A stretch of DNA of 64,000 bases from an uncultured Rhizobium sp. (lineage in GTDB: Bacteria; Pseudomonadota; Alphaproteobacteria; Rickettsiales; UBA1997), in the NCBI GenBank assembly GCA_964537735.1, contig CAZICL010000002.1, positions 66,573-130,572 on the forward strand. The letters run 5' to 3'. Below are positions 36,787 through 46,252 of the stretch, piece after piece. The notes beneath the pieces were generated by a model, which did not search any database, was not told the origin of the DNA, and saw only the letters and a program-made list of their open reading frames with translations. How positions within the stretch are numbered: position 1 is the first letter of the stretch; every line of letters starts with the position of its first letter. Made by a program: the position numbers and the translations under genes.

Positions 36787-39700
36787 ATGAGCGATATTTC
36801 AAATTACAACCATCAGCTTGCCGAAAAAAAATGGCAAAGAATCTGGGAAGAAAAAAGCATTTTCAAATTTGACGAAAATTCGACCAAAGAAAAATACTAT
36901 GTCTTGGAGATGTTTCCGTATCCTTCGGGGAAAATTCACATGGGGCATCTGCGCAACTACACAATTGGTGATGCCATTGCTCGCGTAAAAAAGTTGCAAG
37001 GTTTTAATGTTTTGCATCCGATGGGTTTTGATGCTTTTGGTTTGCCTGCCGAAAATGCAGCGCTTGAGCACAAAATTCATCCTGAAAATTGGACGCTAAA
37101 AAATATCGAACAAATGCGTGCCGAATTAAAATCGATTGGATTGTCAATTGATTGGAGTCGTGAAGTTGCAACCTGTTTGCCAAATTATTACAAACATGAG
37201 CAAAAAATTTTCCTCGATTTTGTTAAAAATGGCTTGGCTTACCAAAAAGAATCTTACGTCAATTGGGATCCAATTGATCAAACTGTATTGGCTAATGAAC
37301 AAGTCATTGACGGCCGTGGTTGGCGTTCTGGAGCATTGATTGAGAAGAAAAAGCTTAAGCAATGGTTTTTAAAAGTTTCCGATTTTTCGGAAGAACTTTT
37401 GGCTGAATTAAAAAATCTTCCCGGTTGGGATGAGCGTGTTTTAACCATGCAAGAAAAATGGATCGGCAAAAGTGAAGGGCAGATAATAAATTTTTCTTTG
37501 GTGGACAATTCTTCTAGCACCATTGCGGTTTACACAACTCGCCCAGACACTCTCTTTGGTGCATCTTTTGTAGCGATTTCTGCACATCATCCAATTGCGC
37601 TGGAACTAGCTAAAACCAATGCGGAAGCAAAGCAATTCATTGAAGAATGTAACGTCTCGGCTGTGGATGAACAAACTATCGAAAAGCAAGAAAAGCGTGG
37701 TTTTAAAACTGGTTTGCAGGTTGAACATCCGCTCGATCCAAATTGGAAACTTGATGTTTTTATCGCCAATTTTGTTTTAATGGAATATGGCACAGGAGCT
37801 GTATTTGGCTGTCCGGCACATGATGAGCGCGATTTTGAATTTGCTAAAAAATATAATCTGCCAATCAAACAAGTTGTAGAAAATTACGATAAATTTTTAG
37901 CGGAAACTGATTTGATCGATTATTCAAATCCAGCAATCCAATCAGTAATTTTAGCTCTTAAAGCCAAAGCAAAAGATGAAGTTGAATTGACTAAGTTAGC
38001 TTTCGAATTTGTGCGTGACGCAATTAACCACGCTATGGATGACAAAAAATATTTAAACGAAACACCATTTTTAAAGGCTAGCGAAGTTCTGTCAGCAAGA
38101 GTTGGATTCTGTTTTGGTAAAGCGATTTTATTGTGCGCGCTTTTACGCGGATTAAAAATTCGCTGTGGATTTTCCGATCAACTTTTGATGTTTGATGAAA
38201 ACATCTCTGAGCGCAAAATTATTCACACCGTCAACGCAGTTTATTTAAACCAAAAATGGCTACGCCTTGATGCAAGAGGCAACAAGCCAGAAGATGTTGA
38301 TGCGCAATTTAGTTTGGCTGAAGAAAAATTAGCTTATCCGGCACGTGCTGAATTCAATGAAATCGACAATCTTGGTATCTATGCCGAAATTTCTAAAAAC
38401 ACGCTGCACTTGCACAAAATCAGCAAGACTAACGCCGAGTTAATCGACAATCTTTTTGCCGAAATCAATCAAGTTGAAGCAGCAAATAGCGACGATGGCA
38501 AAATGATCAATTCGCAATTGCTTGATGGGCTTACTTGTGCGCAAGCTAAAGAAAAAGTTTTTGAAATTTTATCAGCAAAAAATAAGTCTGAGAAAAAAAT
38601 TAATTATCGCTTGCGTGACTGGGGAGTGAGTCGTCAACGCTATTGGGGTTGTCCAATTCCGATACTTTATTTAGAAGATGGATCTGTTGTGCCAGTGCCG
38701 GAAGATCAATTGCCGGTTGAGTTGCCTAAAGATGTTGAATTTACCGGTGCTGGAAATCCTTTGGCACTGCATCCAACTTGGAAATACACAACTTATAAAG
38801 GTCAGAAAGCAATTCGTGAAACCGATACTTTTGACACTTTTTTTGAAAGCTCGTGGTACTTCCTACGTTATATTTCCTTGAGAGAAGATAAGGCTTTTGA
38901 TCGTGAGTTGGCTAATAAATTTATGCCGGTTGATCAATATGTTGGCGGTGTTGAACATGCGGTTTTACATTTGCTTTACGCTAGGTTTTTTACTAAAGCT
39001 TTGAAAAAATGCGGTTATCTTGATGTCTCTGAGCCGTTTAAAAACCTGCTTACACAAGGTATGGTTTGTCATGCAACTTATAAAGATAAAGCAACCGGCA
39101 AATGGCTTTTCCCGGCACAAGCTTTGGAAAAAGCACCGCAAGATGTGATTATCGGCAGAAGTGAAAAAATGAGTAAGTCAAAGAAAAATACTGTTGAGCC
39201 GGCAAGAATTGTCGAAAGTTATGGCGCTGATGTGGCACGTCTGTTTATGCTTTCTGATTCACCGGCTTCGCGTGATTTGGAATGGTCTGAAAGCGGTATT
39301 GATGGTTGTTGGAAATATGTTAATCGTTTGTGGCGCTTGGTGGTGAGCAAGAATGTGGTCAATGGTGGCGATGAATCAATCATTAAACTTACTCACAAAA
39401 CCATTGCGGCTGTTGCAGAAGAATATGAAAAGATGGGCTTTAACCGCGCCATTGCCAAGATTCGTGAATTTTCCAATGCTTTAGAGAAAGTTGAAACTAT
39501 TCCCCAGGTGGCGTTGAAAAATCTAGTGATTTTGATTGCGCCGATTATGCCGCATTTGGCAGAAGAAATGTGGGCTCAGCTTGGATTTGAAGGTTTAGTT
39601 GTTGAACAAAAATTCCCCGAGTTTGATCCGGCTTTAATTTCTGAAGATGAAGTTGGTGTTGCAGTGCAGGTGGCTGGTAAGTTACGCGCTGTAATTCAAA

Positions 39701-39834
39701 TGCCCAAAGGATCAAGCAAAGAGCTGTTAGAAAAAGCTGCTTTTGAAAATGAAAATGTACAAAAATTCATCGAAGGCAAGGAAGTCAGAAAAATCATTAT
39801 CGTGCCGGACAAATTAGTAAATATCGTAGTTTAG
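36787..39834 (+). CDS. leuS: Leucine--tRNA ligase carrying an in-frame transglutaminase-like domain insertion of about 200 aa
   Basis: HMGH, the CP1 editing domain, [16 protein letters not shown] and KMSKS are all present. It is 1015 aa versus about 860 aa for typical bacterial LeuS. The insertion is at nt 37882-38480. Confidence 0.95.
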   Translation: MSDISNYNHQLAEKKWQRIWEEKSIFKFDENSTKEKYYVLEMFPYPSGKIHMGHLRNYTIGDAIARVKKLQGFNVLHPMGFDAFGLPAENAALEHKIHPENWTLKNIEQMRAELKSIGLSIDWSREVATCLPNYYKHEQKIFLDFVKNGLAYQKESYVNWDPIDQTVLANEQVIDGRGWRSGALIEKKKLKQWFLKVSDFSEELLAELKNLPGWDERVLTMQEKWIGKSEGQIINFSLVDNSSSTIAVYTTRPDTLFGASFVAISAHHPIALELAKTNAEAKQFIEECNVSAVDEQTIEKQEKRGFKTGLQVEHPLDPNWKLDVFIANFVLMEYGTGAVFGCPAHDERDFEFAKKYNLPIKQVVENYDKFLAETDLIDYSNPAIQSVILALKAKAKDEVELTKLAFEFVRDAINHAMDDKKYLNETPFLKASEVLSARVGFCFGKAILLCALLRGLKIRCGFSDQLLMFDENISERKIIHTVNAVYLNQKWLRLDARGNKPEDVDAQFSLAEEKLAYPARAEFNEIDNLGIYAEISKNTLHLHKISKTNAELIDNLFAEINQVEAANSDDGKMINSQLLDGLTCAQAKEKVFEILSAKNKSEKKINYRLRDWGVSRQRYWGCPIPILYLEDGSVVPVPEDQLPVELPKDVEFTGAGNPLALHPTWKYTTYKGQKAIRETDTFDTFFESSWYFLRYISLREDKAFDRELANKFMPVDQYVGGVEHAVLHLLYARFFTKALKKCGYLDVSEPFKNLLTQGMVCHATYKDKATGKWLFPAQALEKAPQDVIIGRSEKMSKSKKNTVEPARIVESYGADVARLFMLSDSPASRDLEWSESGIDGCWKYVNRLWRLVVSKNVVNGGDESIIKLTHKTIAAVAEEYEKMGFNRAIAKIREFSNALEKVETIPQVALKNLVILIAPIMPHLAEEMWAQLGFEGLVVEQKFPEFDPALISEDEVGVAVQVAGKLRAVIQMPKGSSKELLEKAAFENENVQKFIEGKEVRKIIIVPDKLVNIVV

Positions 39835-39864
39835 AGTTCGAAACACCTGCTTTGGGGGGTCTTT

Positions 39865-40545
39865 TTATCTTCGTAATGCATTATGTTGCGATTTTTCTGT
39901 GCTCAACGCTTCGCTGCCCAGCTTTACAAAAATTGTTGAAGGGGTTTGTTTTAGAAGCTGCATATTTTCCAAAGCCTGCTGCTCTGAAGCTGAACCTTTG
40001 ATTTTTTGCAATTCACTGACCAACGCTGGATTCATGGCGTTATTCAATCTCTCATCGCCTTTAATACTAAAAATCAGCAAATTAAGTGCGGCACGCATTA
40101 ATTCTGGACTATTATCAATCAAAATATCGCCGCTGCCTTTCAAGACCACATTGCAAAAATCATTGCCGCTCCAAGAGGTGTGGTTTACTTCCTTATGATT
40201 GGAGTTCTCTTTCAATTCTTTCTCAACCTTTTCCTTAAAAGTTTTGTGTAGTTTTTCAGTGAAACTATGACCAGATTCTTTTTCCATCACAGAGCAACTA
40301 ACATCTTTAATATCTGACCCCAGCAAGCGCATTTCGTTGAAAATATTATTCATATTTTGTTCCAGCTTGTCGGCATTGTCAAAATGCGCAATGGCAGCAA
40401 TTTGTTTGCTAGTATCTAGTAAGATTAAGATTTTACCATTTTTGGCATTTGGTGCAATAATTAGCCCATCTCCAACTGCCAGGCCATACTCGCCACGTAA
40501 GACGACTTCGGGATTTTTGTGCGCGATATTGCTTAAATCAATCAT
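39865..40545 (-). CDS. Hypothetical protein (226 aa), no family recognised
   Basis: A long ORF in a position convergent with leuS. Coding is plausible, but I can name no motif with confidence. Confidence 0.45.
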   Translation of the reverse strand: MIDLSNIAHKNPEVVLRGEYGLAVGDGLIIAPNAKNGKILILLDTSKQIAAIAHFDNADKLEQNMNNIFNEMRLLGSDIKDVSCSVMEKESGHSFTEKLHKTFKEKVEKELKENSNHKEVNHTSWSGNDFCNVVLKGSGDILIDNSPELMRAALNLLIFSIKGDERLNNAMNPALVSELQKIKGSASEQQALENMQLLKQTPSTIFVKLGSEALSTEKSQHNALRR

Positions 40546-40580
40546 TGGGTAAGAAAAATTATATTTATCAGTTAGAGCTT

Positions 40581-40633
40581 ATGAGACTGTCGCAAATCAA
40601 ACTTCTTAGAAAATTTTGATTTGCGACAGTCTC
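40581..40633. mobile_element. Palindromic element family 1, short internally deleted derivative (53 bp)
   Basis: atgagactgtcgcaaatcaaacttcttagaaaattttgatttgcgacagtctc. Both arms are intact and about 90 bp of core is missing. Confidence 0.85.
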
Positions 40634-40773
40634 CTTATTAGCTTTTATTGCTGTAAAACAAACAAGATGGCAAAAAAAATCTAAATTTCCTCAGCTTGCC
40701 TGTTGAAGATTTATTAATGAAAATTTAATTTGTGAAGTAAATCAACAGCATCCAATTCTCGAAAAATTTTCCC

Positions 40774-41946
40774 ATGAAAGACACAAATAATTTCTATCAG
40801 TCGGCCAAAAATGCTGCCTTAATTTTCCCCGATGGCTCATTTTTTTACGGTTACGGAATCGGTAAAAAAGCCCTTACGCAAGGTGAAATCTGCTTTAATA
40901 CTGCAATCACTGGCTATCAAGAAATTCTTACCGATCCTTCTTATTCAGGACAAATTATTACTTTCACTTTTCCTCACATTGGCAATGTCGGCACTAATGA
41001 TTGCGATATTGAGTCAAAAAAACCAAAAGCCTGCGGCCTTATAATTCGTGAACCAATCACCGCACCTTCAAATTATCGCTCTCAATCTCACTTAAATGAC
41101 TGGTTGGAAAAAAATGAAATAACCGGCATTTGTGGAGTTGATACCAGACAAATAACCAAGCTGATTAAAAGTAAAGGTGCCAAAACAGTGGCGATTATTT
41201 ATCAGGACAATCTTGATGAGAATTACATTAAAAAAATTGCTGATGAGTTAAAAAATGCTGGTGATTTAAATGGTGTTGAGCTTGCCGCTGCTGCAAGTTT
41301 AAATCAGCAATATCAATGGCAAGAAGAAGGAAAATGGCAGCAGCCAGAAAACTCTTACCATCAAGTTAGTGACAAAAAACTGAAAGTTGTCGCTGTTGAT
41401 TACGGTGCCAAATTAAATATTCTGCGCTGCTTAACTGAAGCGGGTTGCGATGTTACAATCGTTGGTGCGAAAGCTACTTATGAGGAAATCATGGCGCATA
41501 ATCCTGACGGGGTGTTTTTGTCAAATGGTCCTGGAGATCCTGCCGCAACTGGACAATATGCCATTGCGGTAATTCAAGAAATTTTAAAAAATAAAACTCC
41601 ACTTTTCGGAATCTGTTTGGGTCATCAATTATTAGCTTTATCGATTGGTGCTAAAACCATTAAAATGGAGCAGGGGCATCGTGGCGCTAACCATCCGGTG
41701 CAAAATTTACGAAATAAAAAGGTTGAAATTACCAGTCAAAATCATGGCTTTACAGTTGAGGAGAAGTCAATTCCAACTAATGCTGAAGTTACTCACATTT
41801 CATTGTTTGACGGCACAGTTGAAGGTTTGCGTTTAAAAGATGGTTCGGCATTCTCGGTGCAATATCACCCGGAAAGTTCGCCAGGACCGGATGACAGCTT
41901 TTACCTTTTTGAAGAATTTGTTGCCTTAATGAACAACAGAAAATGA
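40774..41946 (+). CDS. carA: Carbamoyl-phosphate synthase small (glutaminase) subunit
   Basis: GYQEILTDPSYSGQIITFTFPHIGNVG and GICLGHQLL are present. Confidence 0.95.
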   Translation: MKDTNNFYQSAKNAALIFPDGSFFYGYGIGKKALTQGEICFNTAITGYQEILTDPSYSGQIITFTFPHIGNVGTNDCDIESKKPKACGLIIREPITAPSNYRSQSHLNDWLEKNEITGICGVDTRQITKLIKSKGAKTVAIIYQDNLDENYIKKIADELKNAGDLNGVELAAAASLNQQYQWQEEGKWQQPENSYHQVSDKKLKVVAVDYGAKLNILRCLTEAGCDVTIVGAKATYEEIMAHNPDGVFLSNGPGDPAATGQYAIAVIQEILKNKTPLFGICLGHQLLALSIGAKTIKMEQGHRGANHPVQNLRNKKVEITSQNHGFTVEEKSIPTNAEVTHISLFDGTVEGLRLKDGSAFSVQYHPESSPGPDDSFYLFEEFVALMNNRK

Positions 41947-43442
41947 GCGCAATTGCCAATATTTATCTGATTGTTTTTCTACCTCTTATTTCTTCGCTGC
42001 TTTGTCAACTTTTAGGGAAAAAATCCCTACCTTTCTGGATTGCTTTATCTTCGTTAGTATTGTTGTTTTTTTTCACTCTCAAGGTTCTTCCAGATGTCTT
42101 GATTTATGAAAAAATTGCTAATGATTTTCAATTGTCTCCCTTATCGATTGCTCTTGAATTCAGGCTTGACGTTCTTGGTATAGTTTTTTTGCTGCTGCTG
42201 ACTTTTCTAAAAATTGTCATCTTATTTTATTATCGTTGCGACATTGAAAAATTTTTAGATGAAAAAGGCCGCAAGACTTTTTATTCAGTTTATTTGCTGC
42301 ATCTTTTTGCTTTGGTGGGAATTTTTACTACCAACAATCTGCTCAATTTGTTTTTATTCTTTGAAATATACAGCTTTGCCTTTTTTGCCACTTCTTCGGT
42401 TTCAAAAAGTTTAAAAATTTCTCAATTATCTTTCCGTTATTTCTGCCTAAACGCTACATCTTCGCTGATAATTTTATTCTGTTTTTTGGCAATTTATCTA
42501 TCTTTTGGTGAAATAAATTTTAATCGCATTGGTGAAAGTTTCGCCATGACTTCTGAAGTTAGTCAATGGTTTTTAGTCTCTATTTTTCTGCTTCTGGCAG
42601 TTTCTTTTGTCATTAAATTTTTTCCTTTCTGGCTTTATTTCGAAAACCTCAAAAGCACCAATCTGATAGCAAATTTTATCTCCATCGATGCGCTTTTTAT
42701 TAAAAGTAATGTTGGGATTTTTATTATTTTAAAATTTCTGTATTTTTTCTTCGGTAATAACTTTGTTTTCAGCCGTTTTGATTTTGCACCGATCTTTATT
42801 CTAGCAGCGTTAGCACTGATTTTTTACAGCTCAGTAAAACTCTATCAGCAAAAGCATCTTAAGATCATCGCCGCATATCTTTGTCTCAATAATATCGGTT
42901 TTATTTTGGCCTGTGTGGCCATGCAAAGTATCGAGTCTTTGCAAGCTTTGTTCTTTTATTTGCTTAATTTCAGTTTAGTCAATTTGCTGATTTTTATTTT
43001 TGCTACTTTCTTGAAGCGCAATTTTAAAACTTCATCCATCAACAAGATTTGGCTGATACGGAACAACCATTTTATGTTGGTATTGCCGGTAAAATTATTG
43101 GTATTTTTTATCGCTGCTTTTCCGCTTTCAACACTCTTTTTTGCCAACTGGTATTTTGCCTATGCCAGCTTCACTTTTGGTTTTAACGCTTTTCTTTTAC
43201 TGGGTTTAATTGTTTCAAATTTTGTTCATGTGACTTTAGCAATAAAATTGATTGCGGCATTTTTATATAAAAACTCTGCTACAGATGAGGGAGAAATAAC
43301 TCTCAGCCTTGGAAAATATGGCTTCTATCTCATGTCATTTTGGTTTTTGATAGCAACAATCTATTTATCATCTCTGGCATCAAACCTCACCAATAGCATT
43401 GCTTTGAGGTTTGCATCATTCTTACTTTCAAACTCAATTTAA
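41943..43442 (+). CDS. Divergent NuoL/M/N - MrpA/D family antiporter-like polytopic membrane protein
   Basis: The layout parallels the NuoL N-terminus (LPLISSLL..., NNLLNLFLFFEIYSF with the TM5 Glu, GEINF). Its start overlaps the carA stop as ATGA. Confidence 0.5.
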   Translation: MSAIANIYLIVFLPLISSLLCQLLGKKSLPFWIALSSLVLLFFFTLKVLPDVLIYEKIANDFQLSPLSIALEFRLDVLGIVFLLLLTFLKIVILFYYRCDIEKFLDEKGRKTFYSVYLLHLFALVGIFTTNNLLNLFLFFEIYSFAFFATSSVSKSLKISQLSFRYFCLNATSSLIILFCFLAIYLSFGEINFNRIGESFAMTSEVSQWFLVSIFLLLAVSFVIKFFPFWLYFENLKSTNLIANFISIDALFIKSNVGIFIILKFLYFFFGNNFVFSRFDFAPIFILAALALIFYSSVKLYQQKHLKIIAAYLCLNNIGFILACVAMQSIESLQALFFYLLNFSLVNLLIFIFATFLKRNFKTSSINKIWLIRNNHFMLVLPVKLLVFFIAAFPLSTLFFANWYFAYASFTFGFNAFLLLGLIVSNFVHVTLAIKLIAAFLYKNSATDEGEITLSLGKYGFYLMSFWFLIATIYLSSLASNLTNSIALRFASFLLSNSI

Positions 43443-43446
43443 AAAC

Positions 43447-44916
43447 ATGTCTCAAGCGCAGTTTTTATTGTTTCTAATCAGCATCATTCCAATCGCTAAT
43501 TGCCTGGTTTTGAACTTGTGCCAAGATTCACAAAAGCTGGTTAATATTTTAAGCAAATTGTTACCTTTATTGTTCTTTTTGCATCTAGTCGGGTTGTGGA
43601 ACAATCTAGGTCACAATGATGTTTACATTAAAATTATTGAGACGTCACGCGGCATGTCTCTTGGAATAATGGCTGATGACATGACACTGAAATTTCTTTT
43701 CCTGCTCAATTTTATCTGGATAGTTTTGGTGTTTTATTCGCATCGTTTTTTGCGTGTAGAAGAAAATAACAACATCAATAAAATCAAATTATTTTTTGCC
43801 GTTTCTATCGCCTTAGTCAATTTGATTATTATCTCGCAAAACCTTCTGACCACGCTGTTTTGCTATAATTTTCTGATTTTGTTTTGTCATTTTTTTGCGA
43901 CAAAATTTTTACATAAAAAGGAAACTCGCTTCTCTGCAATTTTCACCTTTTTGCTCTATTTGGAGTCATTGTTTTTCTTTCTCGCCACTGTCGCAACCTA
44001 CAAATATGCCGGTCGTATCGACTTTATGTCGAATGGAATTTTGCCGGAAAAAATCACCCAGCTACAAATTTTTATGCTGCTGATTTTATATTTTGGTGGT
44101 TTGTTTTTTTCGACTGTACTGCTGCCATCATCTTTGATTAACCGCAACATCACTTTCAACCCGATGATAATTTATGGGTTATTCTTTCTTTCTTACGCAT
44201 TTAGCAGCCTTTACATATTCATTAAAATTTTAGTAGCGATTATTGGTTTGGAAGAATTTTCATCAGTGATGTCAAAAGTTACCTTGAGCTGTTTTGAAGT
44301 GATCTTCTTGTTTAATTTGCTAGCTTCGGGCGTTCTAGCATTACTTAGTAAAAATCTGAAATCATCATTATTTTATTTGTTTTTTAACCAATTTGTTTTT
44401 GCTTTATTTTCAATTTTTACCTTTGCCATTTTCCAAGAAAACAGAATTTACCTGCCATTATTTTCATTTCTGCTTTCAATAACTTTGATATTTTTATGTT
44501 TGTCCAACCTGATTTTATTTATTGAAAAGTCAGATGGAAAAACCCTGAAGGGTGTGTTTTATGATTTAAGAGTTACCTCAATTCTATTGGCTTTCGCCTG
44601 TTTAAATTTAATCGGTTTTGCTCCTTCAATCGGCGCTTTAGAAAAATTATTTCTGATTAAAATCTTATTGAAAAAGAAGTTATTCTTGGCTTCGGCCATC
44701 TTCATCATCAATAGTGCAATTGTGGCTTTATTTACCTGCCGTCTATTCTATCAAATGTTCACCAAAGCTGATTTTAAAAGATCAGAAGCGGATTTACTAT
44801 TGGCTAAAGATATTGATTTTGATTCCGGTCTGATTTTGACTACATTAACCACGGCAATTATTGTATTTCTGGCGATAATAGTATTACCGCTGCTAACCAA
44901 TTTCTTTAGTGTATGA
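43447..44916 (+). CDS. Second, more degenerate antiporter-like membrane protein (paralog of the preceding gene)
   Basis: It is collinear with the upstream paralog (QNLLTTLFCYNFLILF, GRIDF). The TM5 Glu position is Asn. I prefer the ATG at 43447 to the TTG at 43411. Confidence 0.45.
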   Translation: MSQAQFLLFLISIIPIANCLVLNLCQDSQKLVNILSKLLPLLFFLHLVGLWNNLGHNDVYIKIIETSRGMSLGIMADDMTLKFLFLLNFIWIVLVFYSHRFLRVEENNNINKIKLFFAVSIALVNLIIISQNLLTTLFCYNFLILFCHFFATKFLHKKETRFSAIFTFLLYLESLFFFLATVATYKYAGRIDFMSNGILPEKITQLQIFMLLILYFGGLFFSTVLLPSSLINRNITFNPMIIYGLFFLSYAFSSLYIFIKILVAIIGLEEFSSVMSKVTLSCFEVIFLFNLLASGVLALLSKNLKSSLFYLFFNQFVFALFSIFTFAIFQENRIYLPLFSFLLSITLIFLCLSNLILFIEKSDGKTLKGVFYDLRVTSILLAFACLNLIGFAPSIGALEKLFLIKILLKKKLFLASAIFIINSAIVALFTCRLFYQMFTKADFKRSEADLLLAKDIDFDSGLILTTLTTAIIVFLAIIVLPLLTNFFSV

Positions 44917-46172
44917 GTGAAATAAAAAGCAAAGTTGAAAAAATCTGCCTTGATTCCAAAAAAGCGAGCTCGTCCATTGCCAATCTGGATAGTGTTACCA
45001 AAGATCAAGTGTTGTTGGAAGTGGTAAAATTAATCAAAAAAAATGCTGAAAAAATTATCAAAGCCAATCAGCGCGATGTTAAAGCTGCTAAGGAAAATGG
45101 CCTTGATGCCGCTAAAATTGATCGATTATCATTGGATGAAAAACGAGTTGCTGCTTTGGCAGCTGCGGTGAAGGAAATCACTAAATTACAAGATCCAGTC
45201 GGGAAAATTCTTTATGAAACTACAAGAGAAAGTGGCATTAATGTTAAAAGAATTACTACTCCAATTGGTGTGATGTTGGCGATTTTTGAATCGCGTCCTA
45301 ATGTCACTTCTGATATTGCTGCTTTATCTTTTAAGTCAGGAAACTCGGTTATTTTACGTTGCGGTTCGGATTGTATTCATTCGGCAAAAGTCTTGGCTGA
45401 TATTTATCGTGAAGCTTTTGACCGCTTTAGCATTGATAAGGACGCGGTAATATTGGTTACAGATACTTCAAGAGAGTATGTCACAGAATTGTTAAAAATG
45501 GAAAATCACATTGATGTGGTGATTCCACGTGGCGGAAAATCTTTGATCAAAGCGGTAACAGAACATACTAAAATTGCGGTTTTCCGTCATCTTGATGGCA
45601 ATTGTCACACTTACATTCACGAAAAAGCCGACTTTGAAAAAGCACGTCGTATTTTGTTAAATGCTAAGATGAGAAGAGTTGGAATTTGTGGTGCTACTGA
45701 ATCTTTATTAATTGATAAAAAAATCGCTAAAAAAATTCTGCCTTTGATTTTAGATGACTTACGCGCTGTTGACTGTGAAGTGCGTGGTGATGAATCGTGT
45801 ATTGAAATTGATGCAAGAATTACAAAAGCCGAAGACAAAGATTATTACACGGAATATCTCGATAAAATTATCTCAGTTAAAATTGTTCGTGATATTGATG
45901 ACGCTATTAAACATATCGCTCATTATGGATCTTCACACACTGAAAGTATTATTACAGAAGATGAAAAATCTGCTGAGAAGTTTTTGGCCAAAGTAAATTC
46001 AGCAATTGTAATGCATAATGCCTCAACTCAATTTGCTGATGGCGGAGAATTTGGTCTTGGGGCAGAGGTTGGAATTGCCACTGGAAAACTTCACGCTCGC
46101 GGACCGGTTGGATTAGAGCAGCTAGTTACTTACAAATATATTGTTGAAGCCGATTGTGCTTTGCGAACATAA
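44913..46172 (+). CDS. proA: Glutamate-5-semialdehyde dehydrogenase (gamma-glutamyl phosphate reductase)
   Basis: TPIGVMLAIFESRPNVTSD and GSSHTESIIT are present. Confidence 0.95.
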   Translation: MSEIKSKVEKICLDSKKASSSIANLDSVTKDQVLLEVVKLIKKNAEKIIKANQRDVKAAKENGLDAAKIDRLSLDEKRVAALAAAVKEITKLQDPVGKILYETTRESGINVKRITTPIGVMLAIFESRPNVTSDIAALSFKSGNSVILRCGSDCIHSAKVLADIYREAFDRFSIDKDAVILVTDTSREYVTELLKMENHIDVVIPRGGKSLIKAVTEHTKIAVFRHLDGNCHTYIHEKADFEKARRILLNAKMRRVGICGATESLLIDKKIAKKILPLILDDLRAVDCEVRGDESCIEIDARITKAEDKDYYTEYLDKIISVKIVRDIDDAIKHIAHYGSSHTESIITEDEKSAEKFLAKVNSAIVMHNASTQFADGGEFGLGAEVGIATGKLHARGPVGLEQLVTYKYIVEADCALRT

Positions 46173-46252
46173 ATAGTTTTGACTGCGGCTTGAAATTTCC
46201 CAACGTTCTATTATTTGAAAAGTTAATCCATTAACAACTTTCTGCAAAAATT

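Noticed and set aside
37882-38480. The LeuS insertion considered as an intein or a mobile intron-encoded ORF
   Set aside because: There is no Cys/Ser/Thr at an N-extein junction, no block-G His-Asn terminal motif and no homing-endonuclease motifs. The sequence instead shows the transglutaminase-like G-x-C ... H ... D pattern, so I treat it as a domain insertion.
43411-43446. TTG-initiated extension of the second antiporter-like ORF, which overlaps the first ORF
   Set aside because: The ATG at 43447 lies 4 nt after the upstream stop and precedes the first hydrophobic segment. The extension adds only 12 non-hydrophobic residues.
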